DNA of 63,416 nucleotides from Octopus bimaculoides (taxonomy: Eukaryota): NCBI RefSeq assembly GCF_001194135.2, contig NC_068982.1:48900340-48963755 (forward strand), written 5' to 3'. Positions within the stretch are counted from its first letter, which is position 1, and each line of letters begins with the position of its first letter. A program made the translations under genes and the position numbers. Positions 1 to 10,451 of this stretch are shown piece after piece. The notes beneath the pieces are model-generated. The model was not told where the DNA came from, ran no database searches, and was given only the letters and a program-made list of their open reading frames with translations.

Positions 1-790
1 GCGCTGCCCTCGGCCGTCGCCACCCTGTCAAAAAGACAAAAACAACAGACAAAAACTCCCGTCGCCAAGACAAATGAATGGCACCCTCCTGCCCCGCAGG
101 GCGAAAAACCACTGTTAAACAAACAGCTACAAAAATGTCTCACAATAACAGACGCAAAAGAACTCACACAGACGCAGCAGCAAAGATACTTGAGTCAAGA
201 TACAACACTCCAGACACGAGAAAACGTTAAATGTCGTAGTCGAGGGAAGAAAACCAAATTGTTATATATGCTGGGAGAGAGGTCATATGAAGACTAAATG
301 CCCCCTATATGAGTTCACACAGCCACAGCAAGAGAAAGAACAAACAGAGGAGGAAAGAATTGTAGACCACACTGAGGAAATAAAAGAGAGACAGATGTGT
401 GAAACCGAGAAAACAAAGGAGAAGAACGAAATGGAGCTACTAACCCTAAAAAGCGAAGGAAAAATAAGTCAAAGGAACGGTCAATAGAAAACAAAAAAGA
501 GATAAAAAAGCCAGAAACTAATAATGTACAAAAAGAGGAGGAGGTGGGAACGGATAAAGATGTGAAATACAAGGGGGTTTTGATAAAGTACGAGAATTGC
601 GAGCAGATGGAGAGAAAAGTCGAGAGGTTGGGAGAAATAATAAGAGTGAAAATGCCAGAGAAATGTGCTGAAAAATGCATTTTGATACGCGAGGAAAGAT
701 GCTGGGAGTGCATAAAAGAACTTGGTGAAAATATAATAACGAAACGGATATGGTTGGTGGAGACACCACCCCCCGAGAACTGATTATTTG
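1..790 (+). pseudogene. Decayed retroelement ORF1/gag-like region with a CCHC zinc knuckle, cut by the window start
   Basis: Frame +2 at about 227-301 reads LNVVVEGRKPN-CYICWERGHMKTKC, an exact C-X2-C-X4-H-X4-C (260-301). Frame +1 is open 1-297 and further E/K-rich pieces follow (287-487, 544-783), so the ORF is frameshifted. Confidence 0.75.
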
Positions 791-1255
791 CAGTTGTTAA
801 GGACGGACGTAACAATGATTAATGGAAGAAAGGTAACGAGAGTGTTTGAATTTTTTGAGTTACAAAACCGTTAAAATGTTTACATGACGTTGAACGTAAA
901 AGTGAAAAACTGGATAAATGTAACCACCCGACTTCGGGGATCGAGTGGACATTGCGCCTCATTTTTTTCATTCTTGNNNNNNNNNNNNNNNNNNNNNNNN
1001 NNNNNNNNNNNNNNNNNNNNNNNNNNNNNNNNNNNNNNNNNNNNNNNNNNNNNNNNNNNNNNNNNNNNNNNNNNNNNNNNNNNNNNNNNNNNNNNNNNNN
1101 NNNNNNNNNNNNNNNNNNNNNNNNNNNNNNNNNNNNNNNNNNNNNNNNNNNNNNNNNNNNNNNNNNNNNNNNNNNNNNNNNNNNNNNNNNNNNNNNNNNN
1201 NNNNNNNNNNNNNNNNNNNNNNNNNNNNNNNNNNNNNNNNNNNNNNNNNNNNNNN

Positions 1256-1332
1256 ATCGATGTAATCGACTTAATCCCGTTGTATGTCCTTCTTTGTCCC
1301 CTCTTTGTTTAGCCCCCTGTGGGCAATAAATA
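1256..1332 (+). mobile_element. 3' end of a SINE, truncated by a gap
   Basis: atcgatgtaatcgacttaatccc...tttagccccctgtgggcaataaa resembles the gtcgat/gtaatcgact segment of the SINE family B copies elsewhere in the window and ends in an A-rich tail. Confidence 0.55.
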
Positions 1333-1864
1333 AATATATATAACATTAAAACGCACAAGGAGATGAGCTGGCAGAAACGTAAAACGCACTGTGTACACAT
1401 CATAGCATGGAGCAGGCAACTTATTTCGTGCCTCTATCTGATTTCTTTCTACCAAGCAATCAACATGTAAAAACGGGTATTCCTGACTATAGTGTCTACT
1501 AAACAAACTGAATATTCTTAACCAGTGAAAATTTACTTAAGGAAGTGAAAAATACAGAAACCTTTTAGTACTTTTTTAAATAGCTATTGCATCGACTGGA
1601 TACTAATATGACTGAAAGGTAGTGTAAGAGGCTCTCACAGGATAGCAGCACATGTGAGATATTTCAGTTTAATCCACATTCCAACTAGCCCCACTCCGTG
1701 ATTTCGTGAACGAAGTAGAGAGTATTTAATAAACGTATGCGGAGTATATTTATAGATAAATATGTAATAGTTTAATGTAACTGTGGGCCCATAACTTGAA
1801 TTTTCATACCATCGAAAGCAATCGTCAGATCGATATTGATAGAAGAATGTTTTAACGTCCATAT

Positions 1865-1903
<39 letters not shown>

Positions 1904-2280
1904 TGCATATGAAAGAGCTCTGTTCCTGCATAATAGTCTTTTCATAGTATATGTAACACCGTCATGGATATTGGGATCTTTTCCTTTTGATCGGCAGGTC
2001 AATAAATTATTTTTTTTAACTAAACACTTTCAAACTTCGGATACTGGTAGAATGTGTCATATTGAACATCTTTTATTCTTAGCGTTGTTGAGAAAAGTTT
2101 GTATTTTCGAAGTTATTTCGTGTTAAAGTTGTCGTATTTCGGTAAATTCAACCAATGAATGACGTCTATTGAGCTGAATTAAATTACTGCTGTTGTTTGT
2201 CAACAACAACTATCGGCAGTGTATATTTCGTTTGTCACTGTTATTTATGACATCGTTCGTGCGTTTGTACTGGTTTTAGC

Positions 2281-2458
2281 ATTAGGGGGTTAGGGTTAAG
2301 GTGTTAGGGTTATGGTTTTAGGGCTAAGGTTAGGGTCTTAGGGTTAGGATTAGTGTTTTAGGGTTAGGGTTTTAGCGTTAGTGTTTGGGGTTAGGGTTAG
2401 GGTTTTAAGGTTAGGGTTAGAGTTTTAGGGTTCGAATTAGGGTGTTAGGGTTAGGGTT
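2281..2458 (+). repeat. Degenerate interstitial (TTAGGG)n telomere-like array
   Basis: About 180 bp of TTAGGG units mixed with TTTTAGGG, GTGTTAGGG and TTAAGG variants. Confidence 0.85.
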
Positions 2459-2489
2459 ACGGAAAAAAGTGAAAAATGAAGAAATTGGA

Positions 2490-2582
2490 GTGCTCAGCCA
2501 CTTGCACGTTGATTTCACGAGCAGGCTGTTCCATTGATCGGATCAACTGGAACCCTCGTTGTCGCAACCGACGGAGTGCCAC
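2490..2582 (+). mobile_element. Probable 3' end of a non-LTR element
   Basis: gctcagccacttgcacgttgatttcacgagcaggctgttccattgatcggatcaactggaaccctcgttgtcgcaaccgacggagtgcca is recalled as a common octopus interspersed-repeat end; not verified by search. Confidence 0.45.
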
Positions 2583-3106
2583 CAATTATACACATAATGT
2601 TTGTCGTTTATTGTAGTGAACTATATTGAGCTGCAATGAAATTGGTTATTTGCCGTGTATCCACAATATATCATAACATTGTGTGTGTGTGTGTNNNNNN
2701 NNNNNNNNNNNNNNNNNNNNNNNNNNNNNNNNNNNNNNNNNNNNNNNNNNNNNNNNNNNNNNNNNNNNNNNNNNNNNNNNNNNNNNNNNNNNNNNNNNNN
2801 NNNNNNNNNNNNNNNNNNNNNNNNNNNNNNNNNNNNNNNNNNNNNNNNNNNNNNNNNNNNNNNNNNNNNNNNNNNNNNNNNNNNNNNNNNNNNNNNNNNN
2901 NNNNNNNNNNNNNNNNNNNNNNNNNNNNNNNNNNNNNNNNNNNNNNNNNNNNNNNNNNNNNNNNNNNNNNNNNNNNNNNNNNNNNNNNNNNNNNNNNNNN
3001 NNNNNNNNNNNNNNNNNNNNNNNNNNNNNNNNNNNNNNNNNNNNNNNNNNNNNNNNNNNNNNNNNNNNNNNNNNNNNNNNNNNNNNNNNNNNNNNNNNNN
3101 NNNNNN

Positions 3107-3830
3107 TGGTAAGAAGCTTATTTCCCAACCATATGGTTCCGGGTTCAGTCTCACTGTGTGGGACTTTTGACGAGTGTCTTCTGCTGTAGCCTCGGGCCGA
3201 CAAAGCCTTGTTAGTGGATTTTGTAGATGGAAACTGAAAGAAGAGAACTGAACACAATTGGTTACGGTTATAAGAAAGTAAAATACAGGCGCAGGAGTGG
3301 CTATGTAGTAAGTAGCTTGCTTACCAACCACACGGTCGCGGGTTCAGTCCCACTGCATGGCACCTTGGGCAAGTGTCTTCTACTATAGCCTCGGGCCGAC
3401 CAAAGCCTTGTGAGTGCATCTGGTTGACGGAAACTGGAAGAAGCCCGTCGTATATGTATATATGTGTGTGTGTGTGTGTGTGTATGTTTGTGTGTCTGTT
3501 TGTCCCCCCAGCATCGCTTGACAACCGATGCTGGCGTGTTTGCGTTCCGTAACTTAGCGGCAAAAGAGACCGATCGAATAAGTACTAGGCTTACAAAGAA
3601 TAAGCTCTGGGGTCGATTTGCTCGACTTTATAGCATGACTGAAACAAGTAAAAGAGTACAGGGTTTCCCATAAGTAGGGGAAAGCGTGGCTGTGTGACAA
3701 GAAGCTTGCTTCCTTCCTACATAGTTCAGGATTCAGTTCCACTGTGTGGCACTTTGGGCAAGTGTCTTTTGCTATAGTCACAGCATGGCCTCAATCCAAA
3801 GACTGAAACAAGTAAAAGATAAAGGATAAA
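3107..3830 (+). mobile_element. Three tandem tRNA-derived SINE family A copies: 3107-3240 truncated, 3287-3660 near full length, 3685-3830 internally deleted
   Basis: Shared head (ggctgtgtggtaag A-box-like, gggttcagtccc B-box-like), ggcaccttgggcaagtgtcttctactatagcc body, internal (TG/TA)n and gactgaaacaagtaaaaga tail. Confidence 0.9.
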
Positions 3831-4158
3831 GAAAATAGATGACAACATCATTATTGAACAGTGGTTCCTAACCTAGGTGGATGCGTTTCTTTGCGGGCGT
3901 CACCTTACAAGCTTACAGTAAGAAAAGCATATTAAGATGATACTTTGTGAGGTTTTGGGCGTTTAGAGGAGTGGCGATTTTTTCTAGAAATGAAATATTT
4001 AAACCAGATACGATACGTAAATTTTAAACACAATTTCATATACTGTTTTGTTGTGATCTATATATGAGTCGGATATTGTTATCAGTGAGCAGATACATGA
4101 CTTGTGACACACTTGTATCATTTTATATTCTAATATAAGTCCTCGACTTCTTTGATAA

Positions 4159-5516
4159 CACTGGTCAACACATATTTTCTGGTACAAGGTTTATAAATAT
4201 TCTTTAGTTAATTTTGGGGTGCTGAATCCAAATCTGACATCAGATTTTTATCTATCACATCAGATTTTTGAGGTAGAAAATCTTTTAGTTTCGTTAGAAA
4301 CAGCTATTTAATGCTCATAACGGAAGTTTTAAACATACGTAAGTGCAATTTTTGATAGACAATATGTATGTTTTTAACTATAATAAATCAAAACACAAAG
4401 TTGTAGGAGTAAATGCATCTTAGCATATTAGAATTAAGCTTGGTGATAACAAAATATGAATACAAAATCTCTATTCATTTTGGTCATTCATTCTGATCAT
4501 GTTATTACTGCAAGGACTTCCTTTTTTTTTACGACCTCTTGCACACAGCCTCTGGAATGCCCTTCATCAAGCTCCAGCAGTAATCTTCCATCTTGTTTGA
4601 GTCCCATCGGCCTTGGTAGCGTTCTTCCATTACTTTTACATCTTGATGAAAGCATTCACCTTGTTCTTCTTAAACATCGCCCACGTTCTCTGGAAACTCA
4701 CACAAGTGACTGCGTAAGTAATGCATTTTAATGCTCATTCTACATCCGAGTGTTTGCAAACTCAAGAGCAGCTCTTCCACAATCTCTTGGTTGTTGTCCG
4801 CTTTCCTGTTCACAAGAAAATTCTGCACCACATCAGAGAAAGCATTCCAAGCTCTAGCTTCAGCCGCACTCATTGTTGTAACAAAATGTGGATCCCTGAG
4901 GAGTGTTCTTATTTGAGGTCCATCAAATATTCCTGCCTTCTCGTCACTGAGACTTGGAAAGGTACATACATATCTGAATCAATTTCCACGGTGATCAAGA
5001 GCTTTGATGAATTGCTTCATCACACCAATTTTCAACATAGGTTTTGCAAACTTTGTGGGAAGCCCAGGTTTTGTCCTTGTCTCCATGTAAAGTAAGCAAG
5101 ATACACCTTCTCGACAAAATTATTAATGTTGTGCCTTTGAGCATGTGGAGTGGAGTTTCCACAGATGTAACAGAAGATATCATGGTCATTACAACACGTC
5201 CTTCCCTTTGATGTTGTATCATAACTAGAACGCAGTGGTTCAGTTCACACCTGAAAAGAAGAAATAGGATTTTAAAGAAAACCTCAGCTTCAACATATTC
5301 AAAGTTAGTATGACAATCCAGCCAAAATCCTCGCAAATAGTGGTGTAAAGTTAACTTTTGGTATGCTCCAGGTAAATAAAGGTATATATCAACGGCATAA
5401 AAGTGTGATGTAACAAAAAAAATTTGAGGTCAGTTATGGAATCAGCAGCCCAAAATTAATCTAAAACAGCTCTAAGATTTTATGCTGGAAAATAAGTTTT
5501 ATTTTGTTGACCAGTG
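4159..5516 (-). mobile_element. Chapaev3-type (CMC superfamily) DNA transposon, internally deleted, both termini present
   Basis: Termini CACTGGTCAACA...TGTTGACCAGTG (12 bp perfect, imperfect to about 90 bp) with a TAA duplication at 4156-4158 and 5517-5519. Minus-strand remnants: FCYICGN...DKTWASHKVCKT; LKIGVMKQFIKAL; KAGIFDGPQIRTLL; AWNAFSDVVQNFL...GCRMSIKMHYLRSHL; EQGECFHQDVKVMEERYQGRWDSNKMEDYCWSL. CAC ends and a TWA TSD are established for Chapaev3. Confidence 0.9.
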
Positions 5517-5544
5517 TAATTTAATTTTTTTTGTCTTTTGTCTT

Positions 5545-5720
5545 TTATTAGTTTCAGTCAGTGGACTACGGCCACTGATTGATCCCGGTATTTATGTTTT
5601 TTTTCTAAAGCCTGGTACCTATTCTACTGGTCCCTAATATCGAATTGGTAAGTTACGAAAACGTGAACAAATCAACACCGTTTGTCAAGCGTGTCGATGC
5701 GTGCGTTTTTGTGTTTGTCC
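5545..5720 (-). mobile_element. Old SINE family A 3' fragment
   Basis: Reverse complement of the family A tail (tttcagtca...aagcctggtacctattct...gtcaagc). Confidence 0.6.
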
Positions 5721-7689
5721 CCTCTCCCCAATCTATTAACTTGCAACAGCAATAATAGAATCAGCGTTGTAGCAACGTCTATAGTTTCATATGTTGAATG
5801 TCACATGATGTACGAACGTGTGTGAGGGATAAAGAGCAGACATTACCTATTTTTACTGATATTTCACCATCATGCGTGCCTCCTAAGCGACCATCTATAA
5901 GTGAAAATAGTGGTAACGCTGCAGAAACGAAAATATGTCATTAAATCTGCTTCAAAAAGTGTCAATTATTTGTTCTGAGTTGTCACTACAGGTTCAGTAA
6001 ACCTGGAATTAGTTTATACCTATATAAGTTGAATCGGTAATGTAGCACAATACAGTTTATGCTTTATTTTATCACTTTAAACTTTAAACTTCAGTGGTTC
6101 TGAAAATCCACTGCTCTGGCACCTAACTGGTTCAAAGTTTACCGGATTAGAGGGATCCAACTTATTGTCGTGTGTGAAATTGTATTGTGTGTGAAACTAT
6201 AGTATGATGAATACAGCATATTATTATTTCGTGTGTGTATAAAAGCTTACTGCGATTTTCGTAATTCCGTGCATTCTTATGACATTTTCTGTATCATCTA
6301 GTAATGATCAAACCAGTAGGCGACACAAGGTTTGAGTTGTTCCACGTTCAGTGAAAGATATAATAATAATATGCTCTAGGACCAAAACTATTTCTCAAAT
6401 TAATTAATCTATAAATTATGAAACATTAATTTGTTAATTATCTAGCTAATAAAATTATTAGTTTGAGGCTAGCATATTTATATTCCTATTGAAGTGAATA
6501 TTTCTGTTCAATTATACGTACACAGAAATTCTTGACCCTGACATATCACTGACAAAGAAAGCACATCATTTTAAAAGAAATATTCTAGCGATCTTACACT
6601 GAAATCAGGGCAGAGTACCCGTAAATAGTTACGATAGAAGAAAGTTATTGACATTAAGTTTGGGTAGAATAAATTCAAATTATGCAGTAGAAATAGTTCT
6701 ATGATGTAAACATAAGTAATAAAATATACTTAATGTACGCGTATTGTTTAAACGCCAGAAGCTGCAGGTTTGCGTCAGGGAAATATATCTAAAGAAATTA
6801 AGTATGTAGTACTGGTAATGTTTATAGTTTAGAGCTGATTCTATTGTCTAACTGAAATCTATTCTACCTATGCGACGCAATTGAAAATCAGCAATTCGTT
6901 TATACACTATCCGTTTATACTTCAGACTAACGATTCTGATTTCGTTTCGGAAGTGAGGCACGTGCGCAACCTTGATAAGCTGCAATTACGGCAAAGTACT
7001 CTATCCGCCGCTCTCGTCTTCATTTCTGGGGTGATTTCGCTTCGCCTAGTTCTGAGATATTTTGTTTTCCAGGAAGAAAAACCGCAGCTTCTGGCATATA
7101 AACAAATATGTGATATTGGTAAATTTGAGTATTTGATATGATAACAATACAGTAACTTAATTTGTTACTTTTAAATTCCACAAACTTATACGATTTGTGT
7201 AGAGGCACCCGTTTCTATTTACTTGCAGAGTAGTTCTTAGCAAAATTTAACTAGAAAATCGTAAACATAAACTTTCGAATAAATACCACATAACTTCTTG
7301 AATGACAACTAATCTGCGTAAAAGGAGATAATTTAATAGTACATTTTAAATGTTTCTCTATAGTCAGAGTGAGGAACTAGTATTGAGCTACAAGATCACA
7401 ACACATGAATCAAGAGATACAGACCTTAACGTTTCGACTCGTGCAACTCTGTATTTCATTTTCCTATTTCATGCGCCACTATCTACGACTAATAATTAAC
7501 TTTGGTTAGTATTAGATTTAGGATTACCAGAGGCCTTTTTTTTATTTGGACAAAGCTGTCTCTGGTATGTCTCTGCATACATTGACATAATAGAATATAT
7601 TTATTGTAAGATTTATTGAACATGTTTATATAAATCTGGCAACTCAAAAACGTGGAGTTCGGTTTTAGGTCTCTCTTCAAAGCTGTTCT

Positions 7690-8300
7690 GGAATTCGTAG
7701 ACTTTCTCCAAAGATTTATTTGATGGAGTTATACGTGGCTTGAATTTCATTTTTGCTTATACTGATAAGTACAGTATTTCGGAATCGAAACGCGAAATCA
7801 TCTAAATCAGCTTTTTACTAGATTAGTACATTACCGAGTGGCTCTCCTTGGAGGTTCATCTTCGAAACTTTTTGGACCGCTTCATTTAATCATTACGAAG
7901 GAAAAGGTAGATGAAACTCTACAGTTTCCAGCTCCCATTTCGTTACGAAAATTACGTGAATTTCTAGGTTATGTGAAGTTTTAGAGACCTTTTCATTCCG
8001 CAATGTGTTGATTTGCTAGGGAATCGGAAAAGAGAAAGAAAACATTCCTTTAACACCGGAAGAATTATGATCGTTTGACGATGATACCAAGGACAAATTA
8101 TCCAAATCTTCCTCATTGACTTACCCGATACCTGGTGCATCTTCCTCTGCTAGCGGATGCTTCGGGCATTGGTATCGTTGGGGTTTCAGAACCATTTATT
8201 TAGTATTCTTGATATCCTGTATTCTTTTTTCTCGAGGCGCTTAAAACCGGTCGAAACTATATATTGTACTTTCGGTCGAAATTTGTTAGTAGCATATCTT
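7690..8300 (+). pseudogene. Ty3/Gypsy pol remnant (RT palm/thumb and RNase H-like)
   Basis: Frameshifted pieces: DGVIRGLNFIFAYTDK (decayed YxDD), KVDETLQFPAPISLRKLREFLGYVKF*RPFIP, LLADASGIGIVG, FFSRRLKPVETIYCTFGRNLLVAYL. Confidence 0.85.
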
Positions 8301-9794
8301 GTAGAAGGTTAGCTGTCGTACATTTTGTGTGAGTGTCCGAAGTCGTTTCTTGCTCGAAGTGGTTCTGTCCGAGTGCCCGATGGGGGTCTGGTCTTAGCAA
8401 TCTGTCTTCTGTGGGTGTCAAGGGTGGTCTACCTGAACACTCGAGGTGGTCTGACAAAGTTGGGTGCCAAACAATTTTTATAGGGTAAAAAGGGAGCGAA
8501 ATTTTAGATCATCCAAGGAGCTATAATCCCGCCATAGCTTCATGAAACTCTGGTGGCGTGCTCGTGATCTCTATTTGAATATTTTGCAGTAGAGTTCGAC
8601 TCCTTGAAGTGAATTAAAACTATCGAAATACTGTCAATTTTACGATGCTCCTGCTACATACAGTGGGAATTCCTTTAAGAAGGCAGTAAATTCTGTACAA
8701 AAATCGAAACGCTTGAAATATAACTCGAAATAACAACTCTTCATTTGAAAATCCCTTAATTTTTCTGCCAGGCCAACTGTAACCCATTTTACTCGAGATG
8801 CATGGCATTTACATACAGATACAATATCATATATCTGTGAAGAAAAAATTTAAAATATGCATAACGTATGTGAACTATATTGATATGAACACATTTTGAT
8901 ACATTTGAATTTTAAATTAATTAAAAGAAGGGTTCTGTTTTTAACATCTAAAATTCTTAATAAACAGAAGAATGAAAGAAACGTGGATAGCACGTTCGAA
9001 AACATGTACATTCCAACTTTCAGCAGAAGCCTCATTGTTTTGAAAGTATGGAAGTAACATGTTGGCGACTAGTCTGCAAGATACTGGAATCAATGAAGCT
9101 TAAGATGCGTGATTTCAAACAATGTAGCAAAGGATGAGAATTGTATTTTGAAAATTCATTTAAAATCACAGATTTTCAACATACTCTGTAAAATCATTGT
9201 ATAAATTCTTTTGTCCTGCAAATAAACTAAAACTCTGGAAGATTTTTTTTCTGATGTTTTCCTTAATATATTTTTCATTTCTATAAAGCCCTTATTTTCC
9301 AGTAATTAACTTTCAATCATTTTATGAAATGAAATCATATTTTTCACTCAATCCATGGATATTAAAATGGGCTACAACAGGCCCAGTGGTCATCAAAACG
9401 ATTAAAATACGAATGTTAGATTTAATATGATAGCATGTCTAATACATTTTAGATAAAAGACGACAGAAAACATAACGCGCCATATTGTCTCCAAAAGAAT
9501 ATGTTGCAACAATGGTAGATGTGCAATACTGTGTAATGAAATGAACAATATGGATAATGTATTAGACATTTAATATATCTTCTGTTGTCGATAATTATAT
9601 CAAATTTTATTCCTCAAATGAATTTTAATAGCTCTTAAAAAATCGAATTTTAAAATTCCTCAGTTAAATCGATTATTGTTTAGAAACTAATATACTCTCT
9701 TCGTTGATGTGAACGGAGAGAAGACTACGAAACATAAATTTGGTGCCTGGTGGAATTACTGCAAGTTCTGTAAGAATTTCATAATGCATCGTTA

Positions 9795-10135
9795 AGCGTA
9801 GGCATGACTGTGTGATTAAGAAATCTGCTTTGGAATCACGTGATTTCGAGTTCAGTCCTGTTGCACAGCAACTCAGAAAAATGTCTCTTATCTCAAGCCG
9901 AACAATGCTATGTGAATGAATTTGTTAAACGGAAACTGTGTGGAAGCGTGTCATGTGTGCGTGTGTGTATATGTATGTATGTGTGCGTATATATATATAT
10001 ATATATATATATATTGGGCTTCGGCCATGTAGGAGCATTGCCTTGAAAGATTTCAGTCGAACAAATCGACTCCAGTACCTACATTTTAAAAGCCTGGTAC
10101 TTATTCTGTCAGAACATAGCATTGGTCGCTTAGGC
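9795..10135. mobile_element. Old SINE family A pieces: plus-strand head 9795-9960 and minus-strand tail piece 10015-10135 around (TA)n
   Basis: Degenerate matches to the family A head and to the reverse complement of its tail. Confidence 0.55.
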
Positions 10136-10235
10136 ATTGCGACACTAATAACCTGATGTAGAACTCAATATATAAACGCTTTAGAAGGAAGTGTTAGACT
10201 AGTATAGAATAGTAATAAGGAAATGAGTAGGCAAA

Positions 10236-10451
10236 AAAAATAAGCGATTATTTGATGAACTTCAATACCTTACGACTGTTTCTGTTATAAGATGCAGTTG
10301 ATTCATATTTGAGTGCCTGAATAACACCTTATAGCTTCATCAGAGCCTCGAATATGAGGCTCCGATGAAGCTATAAGGTGTTCCTCAGGCACCAAATTTA
10401 TGTTTCGTAGTCTTCTCTCCGTTCTCTCCTTCATGAGATAATCGCTTATTT
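10236..10451. mobile_element. Penelope-type terminal fragment (minus strand, hammerhead-like) with a rearranged inverted copy
   Basis: 10236-10349 aligns by eye with 61985-62095. Arms 10313-10349 and 10356-10392 form a 37 bp stem with 3 mismatches and a 6 nt loop. Confidence 0.7.

Noticed and set aside
5880-6160. Possible Tigger/pogo N-terminus and end
   Set aside because: Similarity is too degraded to support by eye.
7073-7118. Candidate micro-exon EEKPQLLAYKQICDI with a good acceptor
   Set aside because: The donor is modest, there is no partner exon or recognisable homology, and such signals arise by chance in 63 kb.
8257-8457. Minus ORF with SGRPPLTPTEDRLLR resembling a Tc1 HTH linker
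   Set aside because: Only one short motif; no TIRs or DDE segment found.
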